Of a stretch of 64,000 nucleotides of DNA, positions 38,726-48,164 are shown piece by piece. Each line of letters opens with the position of its first letter. Position 1 is the first letter of the stretch. Origin of the DNA: an uncultured Acetatifactor sp. (GTDB lineage Bacteria > Bacillota > Clostridia > Lachnospirales > Lachnospiraceae). The position numbers were made by a program, and so were the translations under genes. The notes below the pieces were generated by a model. The model saw only the letters and a list, made by a program, of their open reading frames with translations, did no database searches and had not been told where the DNA came from. The DNA lies in contig CAJTPN010000002.1 of assembly GCA_910578185.1 (NCBI GenBank), forward strand, positions 117,158 through 181,157, read 5' to 3'.

Positions 38726-39522
38726 GATTGTGCAGTATTGCAAGCGGCAGCAGTGGAAATTGTATTTATGTCGGGTCTGAGGCTACCCATCTGCTTGTGG
38801 ATGTAGGGATCAGCGGCAAAAAGACGGAGAACGGATTAAAAGAGCTGGGGCTGACGGGAAGGGACATTGACGGTATTTTGATCACTCATGAGCATATGGA
38901 TCATATTCAGGGACTTGGGGTGCTAGCGCGGAAGTATGAAATTCCGATTTACGCCACGGCAGGGACAATCAGGGAAATAAAGGTCTGCGATGGAATTGGC
39001 AATGTTGACGAGGGACTTTTTCATGAAGTGAAAGAAGACGCAAAGTTTACATTAAAGGATTTAACCGTAAATCCCATGCGCATTTCACACGATGCTGCGC
39101 AGCCGGTGGCATACAGAATTTCCTACGGCAAAAAAAAGGTGGCTGTCTGTACGGACTTGGGCGTTTACAATGATTATACAGTGGAATGTCTGAAAGGAAT
39201 GGACGCCCTGCTTTTGGAGGCTAATCACGATGTGAACATGCTTCAGGTTGGCCCTTATCCCTATTATCTGAAACAGAGAATTTTAGGTGACAGAGGGCAT
39301 TTGTCCAATGAAAATACGGGAAGGCTGTTGTGCAAAATTTTACATGACAATCTGCGAACGGTTTTGTTGGGACATCTGAGTAAAGAGAATAATTTACCGG
39401 AGCTTGCCTATGAGTCGGTACGAATAGAGATCAATATGGGTGAAAACCCATATAAGGCCGGTGATTTTGATATTCAGGTGGCAAAGCGCAGCGAGGTGAC
39501 GCAGGTTGTAAATATACCTTAA
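38722..39522 (+). CDS. Metallo-beta-lactamase-fold hydrolase, YycJ/WalJ-like
   Basis: SGSSGN, THEHMDH, SHDA, TDLG, EANHD, GHLSN, GHLS..NN; ATGA overlap. Confidence 0.9.
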   Translation: MRLCSIASGSSGNCIYVGSEATHLLVDVGISGKKTENGLKELGLTGRDIDGILITHEHMDHIQGLGVLARKYEIPIYATAGTIREIKVCDGIGNVDEGLFHEVKEDAKFTLKDLTVNPMRISHDAAQPVAYRISYGKKKVAVCTDLGVYNDYTVECLKGMDALLLEANHDVNMLQVGPYPYYLKQRILGDRGHLSNENTGRLLCKILHDNLRTVLLGHLSKENNLPELAYESVRIEINMGENPYKAGDFDIQVAKRSEVTQVVNIP

Positions 39523-39641
39523 GTTGTATCTTAAAGGAGTTCCATGACCATACAGTGTGTCAAAACATGTTTGTACCTATAATGGGTACATTGAATCAAA
39601 ACGGGCAGAAAAGGAAATCAAGATCAGGGGAGGACATTCCT

Positions 39642-39914
39642 ATGAAGAAAACAATAATAACAGTGGTGGGAAAGGATACGGTGGGCATCATCGCGAAAGT
39701 ATGCGCTTATCTGGCAGAGAACGGCATTAACATTCTGGATATTTCTCAGACCATTGTACAGGGATATTTTAATATGATGATGATTGTGGATACCGGGGAT
39801 ATGGCAAAACCTTTCGGGGATATGGCCGATGAAATGACTGCGTTGGGAGAGAAGATTGGTGTTGTGATCAAATGCCAGAAGGAAGAGATTTTTGACAAAA
39901 TGCACAGAATATAG
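39642..39914 (+). CDS. ACT-domain protein (UPF0237)
   Basis: ITVVGKDTVGIIA, NILDISQT, IFDKMHRI. Confidence 0.92.
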   Translation: MKKTIITVVGKDTVGIIAKVCAYLAENGINILDISQTIVQGYFNMMMIVDTGDMAKPFGDMADEMTALGEKIGVVIKCQKEEIFDKMHRI

Positions 39915-39966
39915 AGCAGGCTTGATTAGTGCCTGAATAACGCTGCCTCGGCGGCAGGGAGGTTGT

Positions 39967-41331
39967 ATGATCAATTTATATGAAGTGACGGAAACCAATA
40001 AAATGATCGCGGAGGAGAACCTGGATGTGCGTACGATCACATTAGGAATCAGTCTTCTGGATTGTATCGATTCAAATCTTGAAAAATTGAATGAGAAAAT
40101 ATACCGGAAAATATATGACGCCGCCAAGGATCTGGTAAAGACCGGGGAAGAGATTTCCAGGGAATTCGGCGTACCTATTGTCAATAAGAGAATTTCCGTG
40201 ACGCCCATAGCATTGATTGGCAGCGCCGCATGTAAAACGGAGGAAGATTTTGCCTGTGTGGCCAAGACTTTGGATAAAGTGGCAAAAGATGTGGGTGTGA
40301 ATTTCATTGGCGGCTATTCCGCATTGGTGAGTAAGGGCATGACACCTGCGGATGAATTACTGATTCGCTCCATTCCGCTGGCGCTTTCCGTCACGGAGCG
40401 CGTGTGCAGTTCTGTCAATCTGGGTTCCACTAAGACGGGGATCAACATGGATGCGGTAAAGCTGATGGGCCAGGTGATTCTTTCCACAGCACAAGCAACA
40501 AAGGCAAACGATTCTCTGGGCTGTGCGAAGCTGGTGGTATTCTGCAATGCCCCCGATGACAATCCTTTTATGGCAGGGGCATTTCATGGCGTTACGGAGG
40601 CGGATCGCATCATCAATGTTGGGGTCAGCGGGCCGGGTGTGGTAAAGACTGCCTTGGAAAAGGTGCGTGGAAAGAATTTTGAAGTGCTGTGTGAGACCAT
40701 AAAGAAAACGGCTTTTAAGGTAACAAGAGTAGGACAGCTGGTAGCCCAGGAGGCATCTGCCAGATTAAAGGTGCCGTTTGGCATAGTGGATTTATCTCTG
40801 GCGCCAACCCCGGCCATCGGTGATAGTGTGGCGGATATTTTGTGTGAAATCGGATTGGAGTATGCAGGTGCACCGGGTACCACGGCGGCATTGGCGCTTT
40901 TGAACGATCAGGTAAAAAAAGGCGGCGTTATGGCGTCTTCTTATGTGGGAGGTTTAAGCGGTGCGTTTATTCCGGTCAGCGAAGACCAGGGAATGATTGA
41001 TGCGGTGCAGGCAGGAGCGTTGACCTTGGAAAAGCTGGAAGCTATGACTTGTGTCTGTTCCGTTGGACTGGATATGATTGCAATCCCAGGAGATACCAAG
41101 GCAAGCACCATTTCCGGAATCATTGCGGACGAGATGGCGATTGGCATGGTGAATCAGAAAACCACAGCAGTGCGCATTATTCCTGTGATTGGAAAAGGTG
41201 TTGGGGAGACCGTAGAATTCGGCGGACTCCTTGGGTATGCACCGATTATGCCGGTAAATTCTTTTTCCTGTGAAAACTTTATAAACAGGGGAGGTCGTAT
41301 TCCGGCGCCCATCCATAGTTTTAAAAATTGA
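39967..41331 (+). CDS. UPF0210 / DUF711 (PFL-like) protein
   Basis: [49 protein letters not shown]. Confidence 0.92.
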   Translation: MINLYEVTETNKMIAEENLDVRTITLGISLLDCIDSNLEKLNEKIYRKIYDAAKDLVKTGEEISREFGVPIVNKRISVTPIALIGSAACKTEEDFACVAKTLDKVAKDVGVNFIGGYSALVSKGMTPADELLIRSIPLALSVTERVCSSVNLGSTKTGINMDAVKLMGQVILSTAQATKANDSLGCAKLVVFCNAPDDNPFMAGAFHGVTEADRIINVGVSGPGVVKTALEKVRGKNFEVLCETIKKTAFKVTRVGQLVAQEASARLKVPFGIVDLSLAPTPAIGDSVADILCEIGLEYAGAPGTTAALALLNDQVKKGGVMASSYVGGLSGAFIPVSEDQGMIDAVQAGALTLEKLEAMTCVCSVGLDMIAIPGDTKASTISGIIADEMAIGMVNQKTTAVRIIPVIGKGVGETVEFGGLLGYAPIMPVNSFSCENFINRGGRIPAPIHSFKN

Positions 41332-41411
41332 TGACTTGAAGTGAGCGGCACATGAATTGACGTGTGATAAACTGAAAATGAAAAGTAAACTGAAATAGGA
41401 GAACTTTCATA

Positions 41412-41906
41412 ATGGAGCAGGAAGCGGTGGAGTTATGCTTTGGCAGAGTGGATGAGGCGCTTGCAATTATGCAGGAGGTATCGGAGTGGGGAAAACAAAT
41501 GGGGCTGCGGATTTGGCCAAAGGAATGGCTCACAAGAGAAGCGCTGCTTGGAATGGATGTGAAAGAAGAGAATTTTTGTGTGGCGCTATATGGCAAAAGT
41601 GCTGTGGGAGCCTTTATTCTGCAGGAACAGGATCAGCAATATTGGCCAAACGCCCGTCAGGGAGAAGCCTTATATTTGCATAAACTCTGTGTGGGCCGCA
41701 AGTTTGCACATCAGAATATGGCCTGCAGGATTGTTGGGGCCATTGCAGAAAAGTGCAAAGAAGAAGGAATTTCCCGTATTCGTCTGGACACGTCGTTGGA
41801 TGAGCAGAAAGTGAGAAAAATTTACCTCGGGATGGGATTTAAAATAGTGGATATTATTGATTACAATAACGGACGTTCCATGGCTTTATATGAATATGAG
41901 ATATGA
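41412..41906 (+). CDS. GNAT-family N-acetyltransferase
   Basis: LYLHKLCV, IRLDT, YLGMGF. Confidence 0.82.
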   Translation: MEQEAVELCFGRVDEALAIMQEVSEWGKQMGLRIWPKEWLTREALLGMDVKEENFCVALYGKSAVGAFILQEQDQQYWPNARQGEALYLHKLCVGRKFAHQNMACRIVGAIAEKCKEEGISRIRLDTSLDEQKVRKIYLGMGFKIVDIIDYNNGRSMALYEYEI

Positions 41907-41947
41907 GATTAGTGTACTGAAAATGTACTTGTAGATCTCGTTTTATC

Positions 41948-41967
41948 CGGCGGCGAAATGGCCGCCG
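41948..41967. terminator. GC-rich hairpin between convergent GNAT and tmcAL
   Basis: CGGCGGC-GAAATG-GCCGCCG; no clear U tail on either strand. Confidence 0.4.
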
Positions 41968-41987
41968 AATGGAAGGTTGTCAGGCCG

Positions 41988-43223
41988 CTATATGATTACC
42001 AAGGGGACGGAATATTCGCTTAAGGCTGTCGTGTCGGACTGCGCGGCGGTGGTTCCACGATAGAGTTCGCTGCAGAAAATATCCTGCTGTAAAAGCCTGA
42101 GGGCATTTCCCTCCAGGCTTTTTTGTGCATCTGCCAATTTGGTTATGATAGGAACAGAGGTGTGCGTTTTAATGGCTCCAAAAAGTGAAACGGCGGATTT
42201 TCGGAAACCAAGCACTCTGATATAAGGCGCATAATCCATTTCCTTTCCCAGAATCATATGCTCCTGTGTAATGTTGAGGAGAATATGAAGCAGACATCTG
42301 CTGATTCTTGTGTATGTCATATCCTTTGTCTTCAGTATCTCACAGAATTTCGTATAACTTGTATAGCTGCCAAGCAATTTAACGATGCGATTGGACAGAT
42401 CTGTTGTCACATCAGAATATTTTTCGTAACCGACGCTTTTCTCTGCAAGAAGCTTATAGAAAAGCGCAGAGGAAAAAATATCCGGGTGCATGGGAAAATA
42501 ACGGGACAGATATTGGGTCAACGGGCGTGCGGCATCTGGGGGAAGATTTCGCAATAATTGACTTATATCCGCTCCGGCATAAAGCGCCTGACGGATGGCA
42601 AAGGCGGAGCAGAATCGAGAGGAAGTCAGACTGTCGTGGTATCCTGCGCCACGGCGCTTGACGGCCAGGGGCAGGATGGCGCTGCGGCGTCTGATAAGTG
42701 CCTTGCAGTATTCGATGCCCAGAATATTGTTTGGGGAGGCAAGGATATCCCTGTGCTTTGCCAAAAAGGGATAACACTGCGTCAGAGCTTCCACTCGGGC
42801 CGCCGGATAAGTGTACCCGCAGTGTAAAAAGGATTTTAAAGCACTTTGGTATCGGGGCTGTTCGTTGGATAACAAAAGCGCCATCTCTTTAAGCAGTTCC
42901 ACATTTCCATGCTCACTGCCAAAGCATAGATGTGTCACCACGCCCAGCCTGTCTAAAAGTGCCACTGCACCTGCGGCAAAGGTTTCCGCGCTGGATGTGG
43001 CATACTGGACGGGGAGCTCCAGCACCATATCCGCGCCGCAGCGAAGTGCCATCTCCGCGCGGATATATTTGTCCACTGCCGCAGGTGTGCCTCGCTGAAC
43101 AAAATCGCCGCTCATGAGGACGATCGTATAATCTGCTTCCGAGAGACGCAGAGATTCTTCCAGCTGATATTGATGCCCGTTATGAAAGGGGTTATATTCC
43201 GCAATGATTCCATTTACACGCAT
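41988..43223 (-). CDS. tmcAL: tRNA(Met) cytidine acetate ligase (YlbM family)
   Basis: IAEYNPFHNGH, SGDFVQRG, PNNILGIEY, YTRISR, RVLGF. Confidence 0.92.
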   Translation of the reverse strand: MRVNGIIAEYNPFHNGHQYQLEESLRLSEADYTIVLMSGDFVQRGTPAAVDKYIRAEMALRCGADMVLELPVQYATSSAETFAAGAVALLDRLGVVTHLCFGSEHGNVELLKEMALLLSNEQPRYQSALKSFLHCGYTYPAARVEALTQCYPFLAKHRDILASPNNILGIEYCKALIRRRSAILPLAVKRRGAGYHDSLTSSRFCSAFAIRQALYAGADISQLLRNLPPDAARPLTQYLSRYFPMHPDIFSSALFYKLLAEKSVGYEKYSDVTTDLSNRIVKLLGSYTSYTKFCEILKTKDMTYTRISRCLLHILLNITQEHMILGKEMDYAPYIRVLGFRKSAVSLFGAIKTHTSVPIITKLADAQKSLEGNALRLLQQDIFCSELYRGTTAAQSDTTALSEYSVPLVII

Positions 43224-43247
43224 ATTCCGTTTCCATTCAATTTGATC

Positions 43248-43276
43248 TTGTTTATTTTTACCATTTTTAGTATAAT
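43248..43276 (+). promoter_or_regulatory. Candidate sigmaA promoter of pta-ackA
   Basis: TTGTTT-17 bp-TATAAT (43271). Confidence 0.5.
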
Positions 43277-43399
43277 ATAGTTATCGCGGTTTGTTAAGTA
43301 AAAAATGGGTTCCAAGCCTTGTTACCGCGAAAAACCGATTTGCATTTTAATGAACGGCACATGAAGATAGCGGGGAAACCGCCGGAAAGGAGAATGGAT

Positions 43400-44401
43400 A
43401 TGTCATATATTGACACAATTAAGGAGAGAGCCCGACTGGACAAAAAGACGATTGTATTGCCGGAGTCAAATGACAAGAGGACTCTGCTTGCGGCTGCGAA
43501 AATTGTGGAGGAGGGCATTGCCGATATTATCATGGTTGGCAATGAAGAGAAAATTATGGATGGTGCCGGATGGCTGGAGGTTGATCTGTCCGGAATCACC
43601 GTGGTTGATCCCGCCAATACGCCGAAGCTGGACGCGTATGTAAATCTTTTATACGAGACCAGAAAGGCAAAAGGCATGACGGAGGAGCTGGCAAGAGAAA
43701 TCCTGTTAAAAGATTATCTGACTTTCGGCATTGTTATGGTAAAGGCAAATGACGCGGACGGTATGGTTGCCGGGGCATGCCATTCTACGGCGGATACGCT
43801 GCGTCCTGCATTGCAGATTTTAAAAACTGCACCCGGGATTAAGCTGGTTTCCGCATTTTTTGTTATGGATACGCAGTTTAAAGATCAAGGTGAGAACGGT
43901 GCGTTTCTGTTTGCAGATTGTGGCTTGAATCAGGATCCTACGGCGGAGGAACTGGCGGCCATTGCGGAGGCGTCATACAGAAGCTTTAAGGCGCTGGTTG
44001 GGCCAAAGCCTGTTATTGCCATGTTGAGCCATTCCACAAAGGGAAGTGCAAAGCATGCATTGGTGGACAAGATGGTAGAGGCGACCAAAATAGCAAAAGA
44101 ACAATATCCTCATTTGACACTGGACGGTGAGCTGCAGCTGGACGCAGCGCTGGTTCCCAGCGTTGCCAAGCTGAAATCTCCAGGAAGTCCTGTGGCGGGT
44201 CGGGCAAATATATTGATTTTCCCCAATTTGGACGCAGGGAACATTGGATACAAGCTGGTGCAGAGATTGGGCGGTGCGGAAGCATACGGACCTATGCTTC
44301 AGGGAATTGCAAAGCCTGTTAACGATTTGTCACGTGGATGTTCCTGGCAGGATATCGTAGGTGTGGTGGCTCTGACAGCCGTGCAGGCACAGCTGGTTTA
44401 A
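43400..44401 (+). CDS. pta: Phosphate acetyltransferase
   Basis: IVLPE, FADCG, STKGSA, DGELQLDAA, GNIGYK, DLSRG. Confidence 0.97.
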   Translation: MSYIDTIKERARLDKKTIVLPESNDKRTLLAAAKIVEEGIADIIMVGNEEKIMDGAGWLEVDLSGITVVDPANTPKLDAYVNLLYETRKAKGMTEELAREILLKDYLTFGIVMVKANDADGMVAGACHSTADTLRPALQILKTAPGIKLVSAFFVMDTQFKDQGENGAFLFADCGLNQDPTAEELAAIAEASYRSFKALVGPKPVIAMLSHSTKGSAKHALVDKMVEATKIAKEQYPHLTLDGELQLDAALVPSVAKLKSPGSPVAGRANILIFPNLDAGNIGYKLVQRLGGAEAYGPMLQGIAKPVNDLSRGCSWQDIVGVVALTAVQAQLV

Positions 44402-44491
44402 TTGTAAGCCAAAGCGTTTTTTCTATGGGGAATATCCGCAAGACCAAAGCGCATATTTCCCATATATGAAAATGGAAAGGATGAGTATATA

Positions 44492-45688
44492 ATGAAAGTT
44501 TTAGTAATTAACTGTGGAAGTTCCTCTCTGAAGTTCCAGCTGATTGATTCGGATTCCGAACAATGTCTTGCCAAAGGACTCTGTGAGAGAATCGGCATTG
44601 AGGGAAGTATGATTACCTATGCGCCTGAGGGTGGCGAGAAAGAGAAAACAGTGACTCCCATGCCGGACCACACGGAGGCAATTCGTCTGGTTTTGGACGC
44701 GCTGACCAACCCTGCGACGGGAGTTGTGAAGAGCCTTGATGAAATCGGCGCCGTAGGGCATCGGGTGGTACATGGAGGAGAAAAATTTGCACAGTCCGTA
44801 CTGTTAAATGACGAAGTAATGGCTGTTGTGGAAGAATGCAATGATCTTGCGCCCCTGCATAATCCGGCAAATTTGATCGGAATCAACGCATGCAAGAAGC
44901 TGATGCCAAATACACCGATGGTTGGTGTATTTGACACTGCCTTTCATCAGACAATGCCGGAAGAGGCGTATATGTATGGCCTTCCCTATGAATATTATCA
45001 GAAATACAAAATCAGAAGATATGGTTTTCATGGTACAAGTCATTCTTATGTATCCCAAAAGGCGGCGGAAGTCCTTGGAAAAAGATTTGAAGACTTGAAA
45101 ATAATCGTATGTCATCTGGGCAATGGGGCCAGCATTTCGGCTGTGAAGAACGGTAAGTGTGTGGACACATCCATGGGACTTACCCCTCTGGAAGGTTTGA
45201 TTATGGGAACACGCTCCGGCGATATTGATCCGGCAATTATTGAATTCCTTGCACATAAGGAAAATAAGAGCATTGATGAGATCATGTCGGTTTTAAATAA
45301 GAAATCCGGTGTGCTTGGTCTGTCCGATAACCTTTCCTCTGATTTCCGTGACTTGGAGGACGGCTACAACAAGGGAGACGCCAACGCGGTTCGTACTCTG
45401 AAAACCTATTGCTACAGAGTTGCAAAATATATTGGTTCCTATGTGGCTGCCATGAATGGCGTGGATGTGATCTGCTTTACCGCAGGCGTGGGTGAGAATG
45501 CGGCTATAGTGCGCACTTTTGTGTGTGAGTACCTGGGGTATCTGGGAGTGAAACTTGATCAGGAGGCAAATGGGAAGCGGGGCGAGGATATTGCAATTAC
45601 CACTCCGGACAGCAAAACCACTGTGATGGTGATTCCTACCAACGAAGAGCTTGCCATTGCCAGAGAGACGGTGCGTCTGGTAAAATAA
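44492..45688 (+). CDS. ackA: Acetate kinase
   Basis: INCGSSSLK, GHRVVHGG, APLHNP, FDTAFH, YGFHGTSH, PTNEE. Confidence 0.98.
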   Translation: MKVLVINCGSSSLKFQLIDSDSEQCLAKGLCERIGIEGSMITYAPEGGEKEKTVTPMPDHTEAIRLVLDALTNPATGVVKSLDEIGAVGHRVVHGGEKFAQSVLLNDEVMAVVEECNDLAPLHNPANLIGINACKKLMPNTPMVGVFDTAFHQTMPEEAYMYGLPYEYYQKYKIRRYGFHGTSHSYVSQKAAEVLGKRFEDLKIIVCHLGNGASISAVKNGKCVDTSMGLTPLEGLIMGTRSGDIDPAIIEFLAHKENKSIDEIMSVLNKKSGVLGLSDNLSSDFRDLEDGYNKGDANAVRTLKTYCYRVAKYIGSYVAAMNGVDVICFTAGVGENAAIVRTFVCEYLGYLGVKLDQEANGKRGEDIAITTPDSKTTVMVIPTNEELAIARETVRLVK

Positions 45689-45706
45689 GAATTGGAATTA
45701 TAACAT

Positions 45707-45744
45707 GATAAAACCCCTGGAGGTGTTTCTTCCGGGGGTTTATC
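45707..45744 (+). terminator. Terminator after ackA
   Basis: AAACCCCTGGAGG/CTTCCGGGGGTTT hairpin. Confidence 0.7.
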
Positions 45745-45800
45745 TGTGGTGAGACAGGAAAAGTGTTTGTCAGGGCATTATATAATTTATATATTGGAAT

Positions 45801-45854
45801 CTTACAATTATGATACAGTTATGTACAAAAGATGAAACAAACCGGGATTATTAT
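45801..45854 (+). promoter_or_regulatory. Array of 11-bp direct repeats with downstream -10
   Basis: CTTACA 45801, GATACA 45812, GTACAA 45823, GAAACA 45834, then 9 bp, then TATTAT. Confidence 0.5.
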
Positions 45855-45913
45855 GTCACATAGAAGTGATATGGGTATATAAACAGAAAAGATACCGGGA
45901 GGACAAAGCTACA

Positions 45914-46918
45914 ATGAGGAATAATAACAGAAAGATAACGCCGGGGACAAAAATAAAGTATGTCGGAAGGAAACAGTTAATAGGAGCTTATATTCTGGCC
46001 ATTCTTTTGGTGGTCAATGTTGTGTTTCTCTTAAAAACACAGACGGAAATTGACAATATCCATCAATCACTGGCCAAAGTGGTTAACGTGCTGTCAACGG
46101 AGCGAGAGGAACCACAAACAAAAGATATCATTTCGGACAGGCTGCCCGACAATTATGTGCAGGCCAGTTCCTTAGATTATCCCAGCCTGTGTGTTCTGCC
46201 CAAAGTGGACAAACCTGTCAGGAGATCCAGGGGAGAAGCTTTGGCGAAGCTGGAAGAATTGGCAAAGGACAGCCAGATCATAGACAACATTTACCGCAAT
46301 CGTTCCGATTATTCAGATGATATGCTTGAGGCGCTTGCCAATAATCCGGAAATGGCGGATTTTGTGGCAGGCTACCTGAAGGCGGATGCCAAACAGGGAA
46401 AGGTGGAATTGACGGAAGCAGAAAAAACGCAGAATTACCCTCTTTTCCTGCAATGGGATCCCAGGTGGGGATATGAGGAATATGGCGACGACAGCAATAT
46501 TGGTCTGGCGGGCTGCGGACCCACCTGTATTTCCATGGCGATGTATTATCTTTTGGGAGACGAAACGCTTACGCCGGATACCATAGCAGCTTACGGTATG
46601 AAAAATGGATATTATGTCGCGGGCACCGGTACGGCCTGGTCATTGTTGTCAGATGTACCCGGCTTGCATGGTCTCTCTGTGAGTGAACCTGAAATTGCGG
46701 AAAAGACCATGAAAAGGGCATTGGATAAAGGCGGAATCCTTATCTGTTCCATGAGACCCGGAGACTTTACGGCGGGGGGACACTTTGTTGTAATATATGG
46801 TTATGACGACAAAGGCTTTTTGATCAATGATCCCAACTGTGTGGCGCGCAGCAGGGAACACTGGAGCTATGAAAAAATCGGGAAACAGATTAAACATTTA
46901 TGGTGTTATTCAATATAA
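45914..46918 (+). CDS. Membrane-anchored C39-like (papain-fold) peptidase
   Basis: N-terminal helix; QWDPRWG, GCGPT (Cys), GHFVV (His), INDP (Asp). Confidence 0.87.
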   Translation: MRNNNRKITPGTKIKYVGRKQLIGAYILAILLVVNVVFLLKTQTEIDNIHQSLAKVVNVLSTEREEPQTKDIISDRLPDNYVQASSLDYPSLCVLPKVDKPVRRSRGEALAKLEELAKDSQIIDNIYRNRSDYSDDMLEALANNPEMADFVAGYLKADAKQGKVELTEAEKTQNYPLFLQWDPRWGYEEYGDDSNIGLAGCGPTCISMAMYYLLGDETLTPDTIAAYGMKNGYYVAGTGTAWSLLSDVPGLHGLSVSEPEIAEKTMKRALDKGGILICSMRPGDFTAGGHFVVIYGYDDKGFLINDPNCVARSREHWSYEKIGKQIKHLWCYSI

Positions 46919-46945
46919 CCAGTTCGGGAGCAGGGGGAATTGACT

Positions 46946-47890
46946 ATGACCATTGGTGAAAAAATTGCAATGTTGCGGAAAGAGAAGAATATTACACAGA
47001 CAGAATTGGCAGAGTATTTATTTTTAGTACCACAGACAGTTTCAAAGTGGGAGGTGGGAAACGGCACGCCGGAGATCTCGCTTCTGCCTAAGATAGCAGC
47101 ATTTTTTGGCGTGAGTATTGATGATTTGTTCGGCGTATCCACACTGGAGCACGCTAAAGATGTGGTAATGAAATATTCTGTTTTGCGTGACGAACAATCA
47201 TTTCGGGAAGCCATGGAGTGCCTGAATTCCCAGATGCAGACAATTGATTCCGCCATAGCAAAGAAGATTGGCAATCTTGTGGAAATGGAAGAGGAAAAAA
47301 TACAACTGGAGGCTCTGAAAATGCATTTGTTTTTGCAGCAGAGCTGGGAATCTGCTCAAAATGCGTTGGAAATTGCAGATGAACTTGTAAGAAAGACCAA
47401 TAGGATGCCATATAAACTGCAAAGGCTTCAGCTGCGCTTTATGTTAGGTAAAAGCCGTCATGATCTGCAAAAATGTGAACAGGATTTTCGTGATCATTCC
47501 GACATCGAAACATTGCAGATTTATTTTGAACTTTTGATCATGGTGGAGCAATATGAAAAAATATTGGAGTTACAGGCATCTGACAATTCTGTAAAGATGC
47601 TGATGATGCCTCCGGCCAGTGAAAATGTAGTCTTGTGGGAGCAGTGTGTGCTTGCGGCTGCAAAAACAGAGAACTGTGAGTTTGTGGACAAAAACGTGAA
47701 TTTGATTCTGCAGGAAGGAACGCCTGAGGAGAAATTTGATATTCTATGGGAGATTGCACGTTTATATAAAAGAAAAAATTTCCCCGTAAAGTGTGAAGAA
47801 GCCAAAAGGCAGCTTCGCTCTCTGCTGAATGAACTGACTTTTTCTGCATATTCCTATGAAAAAACCAGAAAAGCCATTGAGAATCTTTAA
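46946..47890 (+). CDS. XRE-family HTH regulator with a large all-helical C-terminal domain
   Basis: IGEKIAMLRK...TQTELAE...VSKWEVG..PEI..L..IA..FGVSIDDL. Confidence 0.88.
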   Translation: MTIGEKIAMLRKEKNITQTELAEYLFLVPQTVSKWEVGNGTPEISLLPKIAAFFGVSIDDLFGVSTLEHAKDVVMKYSVLRDEQSFREAMECLNSQMQTIDSAIAKKIGNLVEMEEEKIQLEALKMHLFLQQSWESAQNALEIADELVRKTNRMPYKLQRLQLRFMLGKSRHDLQKCEQDFRDHSDIETLQIYFELLIMVEQYEKILELQASDNSVKMLMMPPASENVVLWEQCVLAAAKTENCEFVDKNVNLILQEGTPEEKFDILWEIARLYKRKNFPVKCEEAKRQLRSLLNELTFSAYSYEKTRKAIENL

Positions 47891-47965
47891 AACATTTTAT
47901 AATTATTTTTTGATGATACATTTTGGAAAGCTATCCTAACGACTGCCGTTCCACAATCTTGCGAT

Positions 47966-47988
47966 GCCGTTGTAATTATTGCAACGGC
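47966..47988. repeat. Inverted repeat between the XRE and ABC genes (operator or hairpin)
   Basis: GCCGTTGTAAT-T-ATTGCAACGGC with one mismatch. Confidence 0.7.
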
Positions 47989-48164
47989 GGGTTGTTTGGC
48001 AGATCACGGTTGATGTCATATCATGTAAATACAGGATAAAGGTCATATACCTGGCAGGGCCTGTGGGAGTGTTGACTCTTGCAGGTTAGAAATCTGTGTG
48101 AAATACTTTTGTTTTGAAGTATCATAACATGGTAAAACGGAAACCGAAATAAGGAGGGGCGGGA

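Noticed and set aside
43290..43310. TTGTTAA as a Rex operator for pta-ackA
   Set aside because: Only one half-site; the second arm is absent
47891..48164. Small ORFs (8 aa on +, 34 aa on -) as pheromone precursors
   Set aside because: No RBS and no signal-like or double-glycine leader
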